Assembly: GCA_964545795.1 (NCBI GenBank)
Contig: CAZJGC010000002.1
Location: forward strand, 1,929 to 65,928
From: an uncultured archaeon
GTDB lineage: Archaea; Aenigmatarchaeota; Aenigmatarchaeia; Aenigmatarchaeales; DAIDAN01
DNA: 64,000 nt
Reading direction: 5' to 3'
Shown here: positions 1 to 8,205 of the stretch, in pieces
How the letters are laid out: every line of letters starts with the position of its first letter
Position numbering within the stretch: the first letter of the stretch is position 1
Position numbers and translations under genes: made by a program
Notes under the pieces: generated by a model
Databases searched by the model: none
Seen by the model: the letters and a program-made list of their open reading frames with translations, nothing else
What the model was told of the DNA's origin: nothing

Positions 1-570
1 TGCATCTCTTTCTTTTTCAATCCTTTCTTCAATGCTCTGCTCTATTAAACTTTGGGCTTCAATTATTCCTTCCAGTTCGTCAAGAGAAAGACCGGACAAT
101 TTTTTTAGTTCATTCAGGTCTGATGTCTGTTTCTGAAGTTCTTTTATTCTTTTTATTTTCTCTTTTTGCTCTATTGTTATTTTCTCAAGTTCAAGCATTC
201 TTAGCGTTTCCCAATTGGGGTCGTCTATTTTTTTGACAATCTCAGGCGCTATATATACTTCGTCATTATATTTCCTTACCTTTCCGACTACATCAACCAG
301 GTCTCCTGCATTTATATTGTCAAACATATCAATATCAATAAATATTTTACATCTTATTGTATCAGTTGAATCGTCAAGAGTTATTGCTCCATATTTTCCG
401 TCTTCGCTTATGAACTTGTCCACAACCAATGCCATTACGCGTATTCTTGAAAGTTTCCTTCCAAGCACTGACAGAATGTAGTTGCTTTCAAATCCCGGTT
501 TTTGAAAAAACTTTCCTGTTGTCAATTCTGATATAGACGCTTTTTTTGCTGTCAATCTTTTTATTTCCAT
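1..570 (-). CDS. OB-fold nucleic-acid-binding protein (RPA-like); N-terminal ~190 aa, C-terminus runs off the window start
   Basis: Manual minus-strand translation from the ATG at 568-570: MEIKRLTAKK...ALVVDKFISEDGKYGAITLDDSTDTIRCKIFID...DLVDVVGKVRKYNDEVYIAPEIV, then a coiled-coil segment. This is a classic RPA/SSB-type OB-fold pattern. The plus-strand ORFs 215..481 and 546..761 are shadows of this gene. Confidence 0.55.
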   Translation of the reverse strand, partial: MEIKRLTAKKASISELTTGKFFQKPGFESNYILSVLGRKLSRIRVMALVVDKFISEDGKYGAITLDDSTDTIRCKIFIDIDMFDNINAGDLVDVVGKVRKYNDEVYIAPEIVKKIDDPNWETLRMLELEKITIEQKEKIKRIKELQKQTSDLNELKKLSGLSLDELEGIIEAQSLIEQSIEERIEKERDA

Positions 571-701
571 ATCCAGAACCCATAAAACCTGCTTTTTGCA
601 AATTACAATATTCTTTATTGATTATAAATTTATTTATATTTATAATAGAGAACCAGAACAATTTGATTCTTTTGGTGCGGGGAAAGAGAGTTTCACTAAG
701 A

Positions 702-810
702 GTTGATAAGGGGTTGCATGTTTTGAACAGCCCCGCTTTTCATGCTCTTCAAAAGGGTTGATAAGGGGTTGCATGTTTTGAACAGCCCCTTATTTTGAAC
801 TCTTGAACGG
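702..810. repeat. Intergenic hairpin repeat, copy A: two tandem units of gttgataaggggttgcatgttttgaacagcccc separated by 22 nt
   Basis: The unit at 702-734 repeats exactly at 757-789. Each unit has a 7-bp stem, GGGGTTG/CAGCCCC. A near-identical copy sits at 47975-48085. Confidence 0.65.
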
Positions 811-980
811 ACTAACCGACAGGATAACTTTATCATCTTTTTATCAAATCTCAAGATAATTCTTGAGTCCTGCGCCTTTGACCTGGCTTTGTCCGTTTTC
901 CTGCAGCATGCTGCAAGAAACGTTTGGCTATCCCCGCATAATAATAAAAATATGGTAAGAATAAATTTAAAGTTATGTTA

Positions 981-1016
981 AGAAAAAATAAAAGGCGGAA
1001 AACCGCCTATATGTTT
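981..1016 (-). terminator. Hairpin followed by an oligo-T tract downstream of the small histone-fold-like gene (minus strand)
   Basis: GGCGG-AAAA-CCGCC at 994-1007. On the minus-strand transcript it is followed by TTTTATTTTTT, immediately after the stop codon at 1017-1019. Confidence 0.4.
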
Positions 1017-1181
1017 TTACAAGTCATGGGGTCTGACTGTTGCTCTTCCATTCTGTTTTGCTCTTGCTGCCGCTGCTTTTACTGTTTCAGTGACTTTTTT
1101 GTCCAAAGCATCAAAAAAATCACCTGAAAATCTCATGTTTTTTACAGTTTCTTTTACTTTGCTCCTTACAACAAGTGCCAT
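1017..1181 (-). CDS. Small (54 aa) histone-fold-like / DUF1931-like protein
   Basis: Manual translation: MALVVRSKVKETVKNMRFSGDFFDALDKKVTETVKAAAARAKQNGRATVRPHDL. The C-terminus resembles the archaeal histone end, RHAGRKTIKAEDI. It is not in the ORF track because it is under 60 aa. Confidence 0.4.
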   Translation of the reverse strand: MALVVRSKVKETVKNMRFSGDFFDALDKKVTETVKAAAARAKQNGRATVRPHDL

Positions 1182-1241
1182 TAAATCACCTCTTAATTGA
1201 ATTAATATCAGATATTTAAATAGATTTCTATATTAAGTTTT

Positions 1242-1733
1242 TTATTTCCCAAAAAAACAGTTTTCCATCTTTTGTATGGCATCACTTATAATATTTAATT
1301 CTGAAGAAGATGGAACAATGCAATCTATTCCATTAAAATTATATAAATTTCTAGTTATTGTTAGAGGAGTTCCAATTACGCCAACCTTTTTTATATTTAA
1401 ATTAAATAATACTTTCTTTACTTCATTTTTTAAATTAATAATAGGAACACCAATTTCTTTTTTTATTTCATTAAAGAAATTATAAAGAGTATTACATACA
1501 ATCACTATGAAATTGACCCTGAAATCACTTAATTCTTTTAGTCCCTGAATATATGGTTTCAGATCACTATAAGATATTCTTTCATAGATTATTTCTGGAG
1601 CAGGAATACTATTAATTATAATTTGAGGAAAATCTGTATTGTTTTTGATTAATTTTTCTTTCTGTAATTTTCTAATTAATCTATTATAAAATTCTGCTGT
1701 GGATTCTTTTATAAAAGTTAAATGATTATCTAA
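1242..1733 (-). pseudogene. Asp/Glu/hydantoin racemase family gene lacking a canonical start; likely truncated or decayed
   Basis: The track ORF 1242..1505 starts at GTG (MIVCNTLY...KKVGVIGTPLTI...IDCIV). The open frame continues upstream to 1733 (HLTFIKESTAEFYNRLIRKLQ...PQIIINSIPAPEI), which is racemase N-domain-like. There is no ATG, GTG or TTG before a stop at 1734-1736, and the expected GGMGP N-terminus is absent. The region abuts the divergent Ham1-like gene start at 1738. Confidence 0.45.
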
Positions 1734-1737
1734 TTAT

Positions 1738-2289
1738 ATGAGTAAAGTAATTCATATTGTCACTAGAAATAAAGGTAAAATTATGGCTGCTAAAAATGCT
1801 TTTTCTAAATATAATATTCAAGTAAAATTTATAGATAAAAATTATCCAGAAATTCAAGCAGATAGTAGTGTAGATGTAGCAAAATTTATTGCTATTAAAG
1901 CTTCTAAGGAGTTTAATGTACCTGTAGTCAGAGAGGACCATAGTCTTTTTATAAATGCATTAGGTTTTCCTGGTCCCTATACGAGTTTCATAGAAAAAAG
2001 GCTTTCTGCAGAGAAACTATTAAAGATTTTAGATGCATTAGAAGATAGGAGTGGTTACTTCGAAGTCGCTGCTGTTTATGCAGAACCAAATGGATTTACA
2101 AAAACCTTTGTTTTTAGGGTACCTATTATTTTTTCTAAAGAGATAAGAGGCACACTCTCAGGAGGATGGAACAGAATAATTATGCTCCAAGGTGAGAAAA
2201 GAACTCTGGCAGAATATCCTGAAGAAGAAAGAATCAATATTTGGAATAAAAATTATATTAAAATAGCAAAATATATTTTTAAAAAGTGA
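1738..2289 (+). CDS. Divergent Ham1/ITPase-like non-canonical NTP pyrophosphatase
   Basis: N-terminus KVIHIVTRNKGK..., plus FPGPYTSF and EVAAVYAEPNGF. These show Ham1-fold similarity. It is a paralog of the canonical Ham1 at 35564..36103. Confidence 0.55.
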   Translation: MSKVIHIVTRNKGKIMAAKNAFSKYNIQVKFIDKNYPEIQADSSVDVAKFIAIKASKEFNVPVVREDHSLFINALGFPGPYTSFIEKRLSAEKLLKILDALEDRSGYFEVAAVYAEPNGFTKTFVFRVPIIFSKEIRGTLSGGWNRIIMLQGEKRTLAEYPEEERINIWNKNYIKIAKYIFKK

Positions 2290-2654
2290 ATAAAAAATGA
2301 ATAATATTTCTCACTTATCTATTCCATGTCATTGAAAATTATTTATTTAAATCTAGATAAAGCAATCACTAATATATATGTATGGATATGGAACATTTGA
2401 AATAAATATTAGAGCAGACTCCTCTCCTTCTGAATGTTTTAAAACATTCGATACTAATATAAAAGAGTTGAATTTAAAAGAAAAAAGGTAATATTGGAGG
2501 TTGATTTCGAAAAATTATGTGATATAAACAAAATTGATATAAGAATACCATTATAATAACTTTGTATAATAATAGCCTTGAGGAAATTAATCGCCATTAT
2601 AGTATTAAAGGAGAATTTTATGTAGATAATATATCATATTGTTGATATAAATTG

Positions 2655-2771
2655 GTGCCCCCACCGAGATTTGAAATCCCGCAAAAAACTCGGGTCTTAT
2701 GGTTTTTGCCTTCTGCCCGCAACCATACGTTCTATATGCTCTGTTGTTCCAAGCTATACTATGGGGGCATA
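2655..2771 (-). tRNA. tRNA-like gene with non-canonical insertions; possibly tRNA-Arg(GCG) with multiple introns
   Basis: Minus-strand sequence GCCCCCA-UA-...-UGGGGGC-A-CCA. It has a 7-bp acceptor stem, U8 A9, a TTCAAAT T-loop and an encoded CCA. The length is about 116 nt. The putative anticodon stem is TATGG/CCATA and the putative T stem is CCGAG/CTCGG; each encloses a 20-nt loop, which is 7 plus 13 nt. The D region is 15 nt too long. I could not fold the D arm by eye. Confidence 0.45.
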
Positions 2772-2905
2772 AAAATAATATAATTTGAAAATTTAAAAAT
2801 TAGTGATTTGAGTATGAATAAAAATATCTAACTTTTTCATCTTAACAATAAGTTAACAGAACCCTAAACACAAAGATTTAAATACGTTAATCAGAAATTG
2901 ATTGT

Positions 2906-3070
2906 ATGGAACTCAAGTGTTCAATATGCGGTACAGTATTGATTGGACAGGAGAATTTTGTAAAACATAAGTGTCCGGCTTGTTTAGAGACAGAAATAAT
3001 AAGATGTGCAAGATGCAAAACGCTTTCAAGATTATACAAATGCGAAAAATGCGGATTTGAAGGACCGTGA
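2906..3070 (+). CDS. Zn-ribbon protein (COG2888-like) upstream of aEF-1beta
   Basis: Manual translation: MELKCSICGTVLIGQENFVKHKCPACLETEIIRCARCKTLSRLYKCEKCGFEGP. It has four CxxC pairs. The conserved archaeal gene pairing with ef1b supports the call. Confidence 0.6.
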   Translation: MELKCSICGTVLIGQENFVKHKCPACLETEIIRCARCKTLSRLYKCEKCGFEGP

Positions 3071-3321
3071 TGAATATGGGAAAAGTTGCTGTAACATACA
3101 AAGTAATGCCTTCTTCTGCTGATGTGAATATAGAAGATTTAAAGCAGGAAATAATTGAGAAAATAAAACCGAGTGATATTGCTATTGAGCCATTGGCTTT
3201 TGGGTTAAAGGCAATAAAAGTAATGCTTGTGTCAGATGATGCTGGACAGGATGCAGAAGAAAGGCTGAAAGAGATAGAAGGCGTTGGAGAAGTTGAAGCA
3301 GAATCTACAACTCTTTTATGA
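3070..3321 (+). CDS. ef1b: Translation elongation factor aEF-1 beta
   Basis: MGKVAVTYKVMPSSADVNIEDLKQEI...KAIKVMLVSDD matches the aEF-1beta family. The track ORF starts at a GTG at 3067, but the ATG at 3070 or 3076 is more likely the true start. Confidence 0.8.
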   Translation: MNMGKVAVTYKVMPSSADVNIEDLKQEIIEKIKPSDIAIEPLAFGLKAIKVMLVSDDAGQDAEERLKEIEGVGEVEAESTTLL

Positions 3322-3365
3322 TTTAATAATGTTCACCCAATAAAAATAAAAAAGAGGTAGTAGGA

Positions 3366-3698
3366 ATGGTAGAATTTGAAACATTAGAGACAGAAGATGT
3401 AAAATTCGGAAATAACAAGTTTTTGGAAGTTGCAAGAAAAAAAGCAAAAACACCCGAAGGAGAGACAGAGTTTATCTCAATCTCTAAGGGTTTTGTATTG
3501 CCTACAGGCAATAAAAGATTCAAGAATGCGCTTGGTTTTGAGGCAAATAAAAACATAATTGACGGACTTATAAATGCGCTTCAGAAAATAAAGGAAAACG
3601 TTCAGGACACAACATCTTCAGAAACAAGTGCAGCAGAACAGGCAGGCGAAGACACGGCTTCTGAAGCAGCAAAAGAAGAGAACAAGTCTGAAGAGTAA
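3366..3698 (+). CDS. Hypothetical protein with an acidic, Ser/Glu-rich C-terminal tail (possible PC4/YdbC-like DNA-binding fold)
   Basis: 110-aa ORF. The KFGNNKFLEVARKK...ISISKGFVLPTGNKRF segment resembles PC4-like proteins only weakly. Confidence 0.35.
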   Translation: MVEFETLETEDVKFGNNKFLEVARKKAKTPEGETEFISISKGFVLPTGNKRFKNALGFEANKNIIDGLINALQKIKENVQDTTSSETSAAEQAGEDTASEAAKEENKSEE

Positions 3699-3963
3699 AA
3701 TACAATAAGGATTTTTTTATTTTTTTAATTTTATTTTTCCATTGCATATTTTGCAGCCAAAAGGCAGTATGCAGTTGCTGCATACCTTTGCATTGCAAAC
3801 ATTGCAGTTTCTTAACAGGGAAACCCTTTTGCAAAAACGGCATATGCCTGTTTCTTCCATAAAATAATTATTCTGCTGTTATTAATAAGTTTGAATAAAT
3901 AAAGATTTATATTATTTGAGTGATAAATAATTTAGCATTTGTTATTATCTGTTGCGTGATATT

Positions 3964-5529
3964 ATGGATGTTATTCAAAAAACGCGGAGTTTATGCCCTG
4001 CTTGCTTGAAACATCTTGATGCTGAAATATATGAAGAGGAAGGCAAAGTATGGATAAGAAAAGAATGCCCGGAGCATGGAGAGGTTAAAGAAATTTACTG
4101 GTCTGACAGTGAAATGTTCAGAAAGGCAATGAAATTTGCTCATGACGGAAAAGGCATAGACAATCCAAATACTGAAACCATGGGAGATTGCCCGCAGAAT
4201 TGCGGTCTGTGCAAAAACCATAAGTCGCATACTGCTCTTGGGAACATTGTTATTACAAACAGATGCGACCTTGCATGTTTTTATTGTTTCTTTTATGCAA
4301 AAGCAATGGGATATGTTTATGAACCCACGCTTGAGCAAATAAGAGACATGTTAAGGTTAATGAGGCAGGAAAAACCTGTTAGATGCACTGCTGTTCAATT
4401 CACTGGCGGAGAGCCTTTGTTAAGAGATGATATATTGGATATAATAAAAACAGCAAAAGAAGAAGGGTACAGGCATGTTCAACTAAATACAAATGGAATA
4501 AAACTTTCTCAAAACCCTGAACTCGTAAGAAAAATAAGGCAAGCGGGAGTAAACACCATTTATCTTAGTTTTGATGGAACAACTCCAGAAACAAATCCTA
4601 AAAATCATTGGGAAGTGCCGTTTGTTCTTGAGAATGCAAGAAAAGTTGATTTAGGCATTGTTCTTGTGCCTACTGTAATAAGAGGAACAAATGACTTTGA
4701 AGTTGGAAATATTTTGAAGTTTGGAATAAAAAATATAGATGTTGTTCGCGGAGTAAATTATCAGCCCGTATCTCTTGTTGGAAGAATGACAAATGCAGAA
4801 AGAAAAAGAATGCGCATAACAATACCTGATGTAATCAAAAAACTTGAAGAGACAGGCATAGTTTCAAGAGATGATTTTTTCCCTGTGCCAACAGTTTCTG
4901 CTGTTACGCATTTCATTGAGGCATTTACAGGAACTTCAAAGTATGAGTTAAGCACGCACAGCGCATGCGGAATGGCAACTTATTTGTTTAAGGAAGGAGA
5001 TAAAATAATTCCTTTGCCAAGATTTCTTGATGTTGAAGGTTTTGTAGAATATTTGAATGAAGTGTCAGATGAAATCAAAAACGGAGCAAACAAATATGTT
5101 ATTGCAGGAAAAGGTCTTTATAATCTTGGCAGGTTTATTGACAAATCAAAACAGCCAAAGTCATTTGGCCTTGTGAATCTTTTGTATAATGTTCTTATCA
5201 GGGGAAAGTACAGCGCTCTTAGAGAGATACATAAAAAAAGTTTGTTTATAGGATTAATGCATTTTATGGACTTGTATAATTATGACATACAGCGCGTGGA
5301 GAGATGCTGCATACATTATGCGCAGCCTAATGGCACAATAATTCCTTTCTGCTCTTTCAATGTTATACCTGAGTGGTACAGAGACAGGATACAAAAGGAA
5401 TATGGCGTGAACCTTAAACAATGGGAAAAGGCAAACGGAAGAAATGTTGCAGATGATTTGTACAAAAGGGATGTGAAAAAATTGGAGTCTGATGCAATTT
5501 ACAGAAAAACTTATGAAGGATTTATTTAA
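3964..5529 (+). CDS. Radical SAM protein with an N-terminal Zn-ribbon (COG1964-like Fe-S oxidoreductase; possibly tetraether-lipid-synthase-like)
   Basis: CPACLKHL...CPEHG zinc ribbon. NRCDLACFYCFF carries a CxxxCxxC motif. 525-aa frame. The track start is a TTG at 3952; the first ATG is at 3964. Confidence 0.7.
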   Translation: MDVIQKTRSLCPACLKHLDAEIYEEEGKVWIRKECPEHGEVKEIYWSDSEMFRKAMKFAHDGKGIDNPNTETMGDCPQNCGLCKNHKSHTALGNIVITNRCDLACFYCFFYAKAMGYVYEPTLEQIRDMLRLMRQEKPVRCTAVQFTGGEPLLRDDILDIIKTAKEEGYRHVQLNTNGIKLSQNPELVRKIRQAGVNTIYLSFDGTTPETNPKNHWEVPFVLENARKVDLGIVLVPTVIRGTNDFEVGNILKFGIKNIDVVRGVNYQPVSLVGRMTNAERKRMRITIPDVIKKLEETGIVSRDDFFPVPTVSAVTHFIEAFTGTSKYELSTHSACGMATYLFKEGDKIIPLPRFLDVEGFVEYLNEVSDEIKNGANKYVIAGKGLYNLGRFIDKSKQPKSFGLVNLLYNVLIRGKYSALREIHKKSLFIGLMHFMDLYNYDIQRVERCCIHYAQPNGTIIPFCSFNVIPEWYRDRIQKEYGVNLKQWEKANGRNVADDLYKRDVKKLESDAIYRKTYEGFI

Positions 5530-5886
5530 AACATTACTCAGGTTTCAGGACAGAACAGGTTAGTCAAGTTTTTAGTCATCATATGAAAGCCTAATGTTAA
5601 ACCTGCAGTTTTATAAGTCCTTTTTTTCCAGAAATTAAAGATGAAGAAGCCAAAAAATTACCAAAAAAAGAAATAAATAATCGCTTTCGTATTTGGAATA
5701 TCAGTATCACTTAATTAAAAATTTAACTTCCGAACATGTCATATCCCGAATTAATTTTACACTTTCCCAACAACTCTTCCATAAATCACACTTCCGCAAC
5801 ATTCTCAGTCAAGAAACATATGAGGTTTCTGAATAGAATAACAAACTCTACCCACCATTCAGCAACAAGCAGGAACCTTAACGAAA

Positions 5887-5898
5887 TTTTATATAAAA
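5887..5898 (+). promoter_or_regulatory. TATA box (ttttatataaaa) about 26 nt upstream of the fen ATG; implies a leaderless transcript
   Basis: The archaeal TATA consensus TTTATATA is centred about 26 nt before the ATG at 5918. Confidence 0.35.
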
Positions 5899-5917
5899 GG
5901 ATCCACAATTAGGAAAA

Positions 5918-6943
5918 ATGGGCGTTCAACTTAAAAACCTTCTTGTTAAGCAAGAAGTTAGTATGGAAGAGTTAAAGGGAAGAAGAATAGCGATAGATGC
6001 ATTCAATTGGATTTATCAGTTTCTTTCAATAATACGGGATAGATATACGCAGCAGCCTTTGAGAAACAGCGAAGGAAAAATAACAAGCCATATTTCTGGA
6101 ATTTTTTACAGAACAGCCAAGTTAATAGAAAACGGAATAAAACCAGTCTGGGTTTTTGATGGAAAATCTCCTGATTTTAAGATAGTTGCAGAGAAAAGAA
6201 AGGAAATAAAAGAAAATGCAAAAAAAAGGCTTGAAGAAGCAATGGCAAAGGGAGATATGGAGGAGGCAAGAATAGCCGCTCAGCAAACAGCCACATTGAC
6301 AACCGAGATGATAGAAGAGTCAAAAATGGTCTTAAAGGCAATGGGGGTTCCTGTTGTGCAGGCTCCAAGCGAAGGCGAAGCCCAGTGCGCATATCTTTGC
6401 ATGACAGGCAAAGTTTATGCTGTTTCTTCTCAGGATGCTGATTCTCTTTTGTTTGGCGCGCCTCGTTTATTAAGAAATTTATCAATAACAGGCAAAAGAA
6501 AGGTGCCTAGGAAAATGACTTATGTAAAAATAAACCCTGAAATTATAGAGCTTAAAAAACTTCTTTCTTCCTTAAACATCAGCAGAGAACAGCTTGTAAT
6601 TTTGGGAATGCTTGTTGGCACTGATTTTAATCCTGGCATAAGCGGCATTGGACCAAAACGCGCTTTGGAACTTGTTAAAAGAGAAAAAAGTCTGGAAAAT
6701 GTTCTGTCAAAGATAGAATGGGAAAAACAGTTTGAACATGAAGTGATACCTGCGGAAAAGATTTACAACTTTTTTGTTAATCCTCCTGTAAGTGAAACTG
6801 GAATTGAATATCCAAGTCTCAACAAACAAGAACTTGAAGAGTTAATGGTTCATAAATTTGAATTCTCAAAAGAGAGAGTGGAAAAAACAATAAAATTGCT
6901 TGAGCAAACTCCAAAAAGCCTTGATATGTGGTTTAGAAAATAA
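5918..6943 (+). CDS. fen: Flap endonuclease FEN-1
   Basis: MGVQLKNLL...GRRIAIDAFNWIYQFL..., the XPG N and I domains, and a C-terminal PIP-like tail. Confidence 0.9.
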   Translation: MGVQLKNLLVKQEVSMEELKGRRIAIDAFNWIYQFLSIIRDRYTQQPLRNSEGKITSHISGIFYRTAKLIENGIKPVWVFDGKSPDFKIVAEKRKEIKENAKKRLEEAMAKGDMEEARIAAQQTATLTTEMIEESKMVLKAMGVPVVQAPSEGEAQCAYLCMTGKVYAVSSQDADSLLFGAPRLLRNLSITGKRKVPRKMTYVKINPEIIELKKLLSSLNISREQLVILGMLVGTDFNPGISGIGPKRALELVKREKSLENVLSKIEWEKQFEHEVIPAEKIYNFFVNPPVSETGIEYPSLNKQELEELMVHKFEFSKERVEKTIKLLEQTPKSLDMWFRK

Positions 6944-6998
6944 TACGACGATTTGTTATTCAAACTTCAACATATTTATATATTTATTCTTAGTATGT

Positions 6999-8201
6999 AT
7001 GCTTATGGATTTTGAGGAATTGTTAAAAAATATAAAGGAAGGGAAAATTAAGTTGCATGAACTTGAGAGTATAGAATCTCCTGAGGTTTCTGCCAAAGCA
7101 AGAAGAAAGTTTATTGAAACGGAAACAGGAGCAAAACTTGAAAACATGTCAAAATATTCTTTTCCCGCAGATGAGGTAAGGAAGAATATAGAGAATTTTA
7201 TTGGCGTTGCGCAGGTTCCAATAGGAGTAGCAGGAAAGATTAAGGTAAACAACTTAGGTGAATTCTACATTCCATTGGCAACCACTGAAGCTGCTCTTGT
7301 TGCTTCAGTAAACAGAGGATGTTCTGCAATAAGAAAATCAGGAGGATGCAATGTTTATGTGCTTAACAATGGCATGACGCGCGCGCCTGTATTAAGGGCA
7401 AGAAATACGGCAGATGCTTTAAATTGCGTTAAATGGATAAATGATAATTTTGAGTTAATAAAAAATGAGGCAGAATCAACAACGAGGTTTGGAAAGCTTT
7501 TAGAAATAAAAAAATGGGTTGTAGGAAAAAATGTTTTTCTCAGGTTTGTTTTTGATACAAAAGATGCCATGGGAATGAACATGGCAACTATTGCATGCAG
7601 AAGAGCAGTTGACAAAATAGAAGAGAATACAAATGCAAAGTGCGTAAGCGTATCAGGGAACATGTGCACAGACAAGAAACCGTCTGCAATAAATCTGATA
7701 GAAGGCAGAGGAAAGAGTTTGGTTGCAGAAGTTGTGCTAAAAAGGGAAGTTGTTGAAAATGTTTTGAAGACAACGCCTGAAAACATTGTGGAAGTATGCT
7801 ACAGAAAGAATATGCTTGGTTCTGCTCTTGCAGGTTCTCTTGGATTTAATGCTCAGGTAGGAAACATCATAGCCGCAGTTTTTATAGCAACCGGTCAGGA
7901 CCCTGCGCATGTAACTGAAGCTGCTATGAGCATCACAACAGCTGAGATGGAAGGGAAAGATTTATATTTCTCAGTTTACATACCAAGCCTTGATGTCGGC
8001 ACAGTTGGGGGCGGCACAAAGCTTGCTACGCAACGCGAGGCGTTGCAGATAATGAATATTGACAATTCGCTTGCTCCCGGAGAAAATTCAGAAAAATTTG
8101 CTAAAATAGTTGCTGCTGCTGTTCTTGCAGGAGAGATTTCGCTTTTATCTGCGGAAGTTGCAGGACAGCTTGCTTCAACCCATCAAAAACTTGCGAGGTA
8201 A
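6999..8201 (+). CDS. hmgA: HMG-CoA reductase (class I)
   Basis: DAMGMNM, ENLIEGRGKS and GTVGGGT motifs. The track ORF starts at 6900 and overlaps fen; the ATG at 6999 or 7005 (MLMDFEEL) is more likely. Confidence 0.85.
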   Translation: MLMDFEELLKNIKEGKIKLHELESIESPEVSAKARRKFIETETGAKLENMSKYSFPADEVRKNIENFIGVAQVPIGVAGKIKVNNLGEFYIPLATTEAALVASVNRGCSAIRKSGGCNVYVLNNGMTRAPVLRARNTADALNCVKWINDNFELIKNEAESTTRFGKLLEIKKWVVGKNVFLRFVFDTKDAMGMNMATIACRRAVDKIEENTNAKCVSVSGNMCTDKKPSAINLIEGRGKSLVAEVVLKREVVENVLKTTPENIVEVCYRKNMLGSALAGSLGFNAQVGNIIAAVFIATGQDPAHVTEAAMSITTAEMEGKDLYFSVYIPSLDVGTVGGGTKLATQREALQIMNIDNSLAPGENSEKFAKIVAAAVLAGEISLLSAEVAGQLASTHQKLAR

Positions 8202-8205
8202 AATT

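Noticed and set aside
215-761. Plus-strand ORFs 215..481 and 546..761
   Set aside because: They overlap the well-supported minus-strand OB-fold gene and the hairpin repeat. The sequences are low-complexity and shadow-like.
702-810. CRISPR array or C/D-box sRNA interpretation of the tandem hairpin repeat
   Set aside because: There are only two units, with a 22-nt linker. There are no cas genes. The TGATAA box is present but no CUGA D or D-prime boxes.
3568-3843. Minus-strand ORF 3568..3843 and the plus-strand palindrome-rich spacer
   Set aside because: The ORF overlaps the plus-strand gene's 3-prime end. Its sequence is Leu/Gln/Cys low-complexity, derived from TGCAG repeats. It is treated as non-coding spacer containing palindromes.
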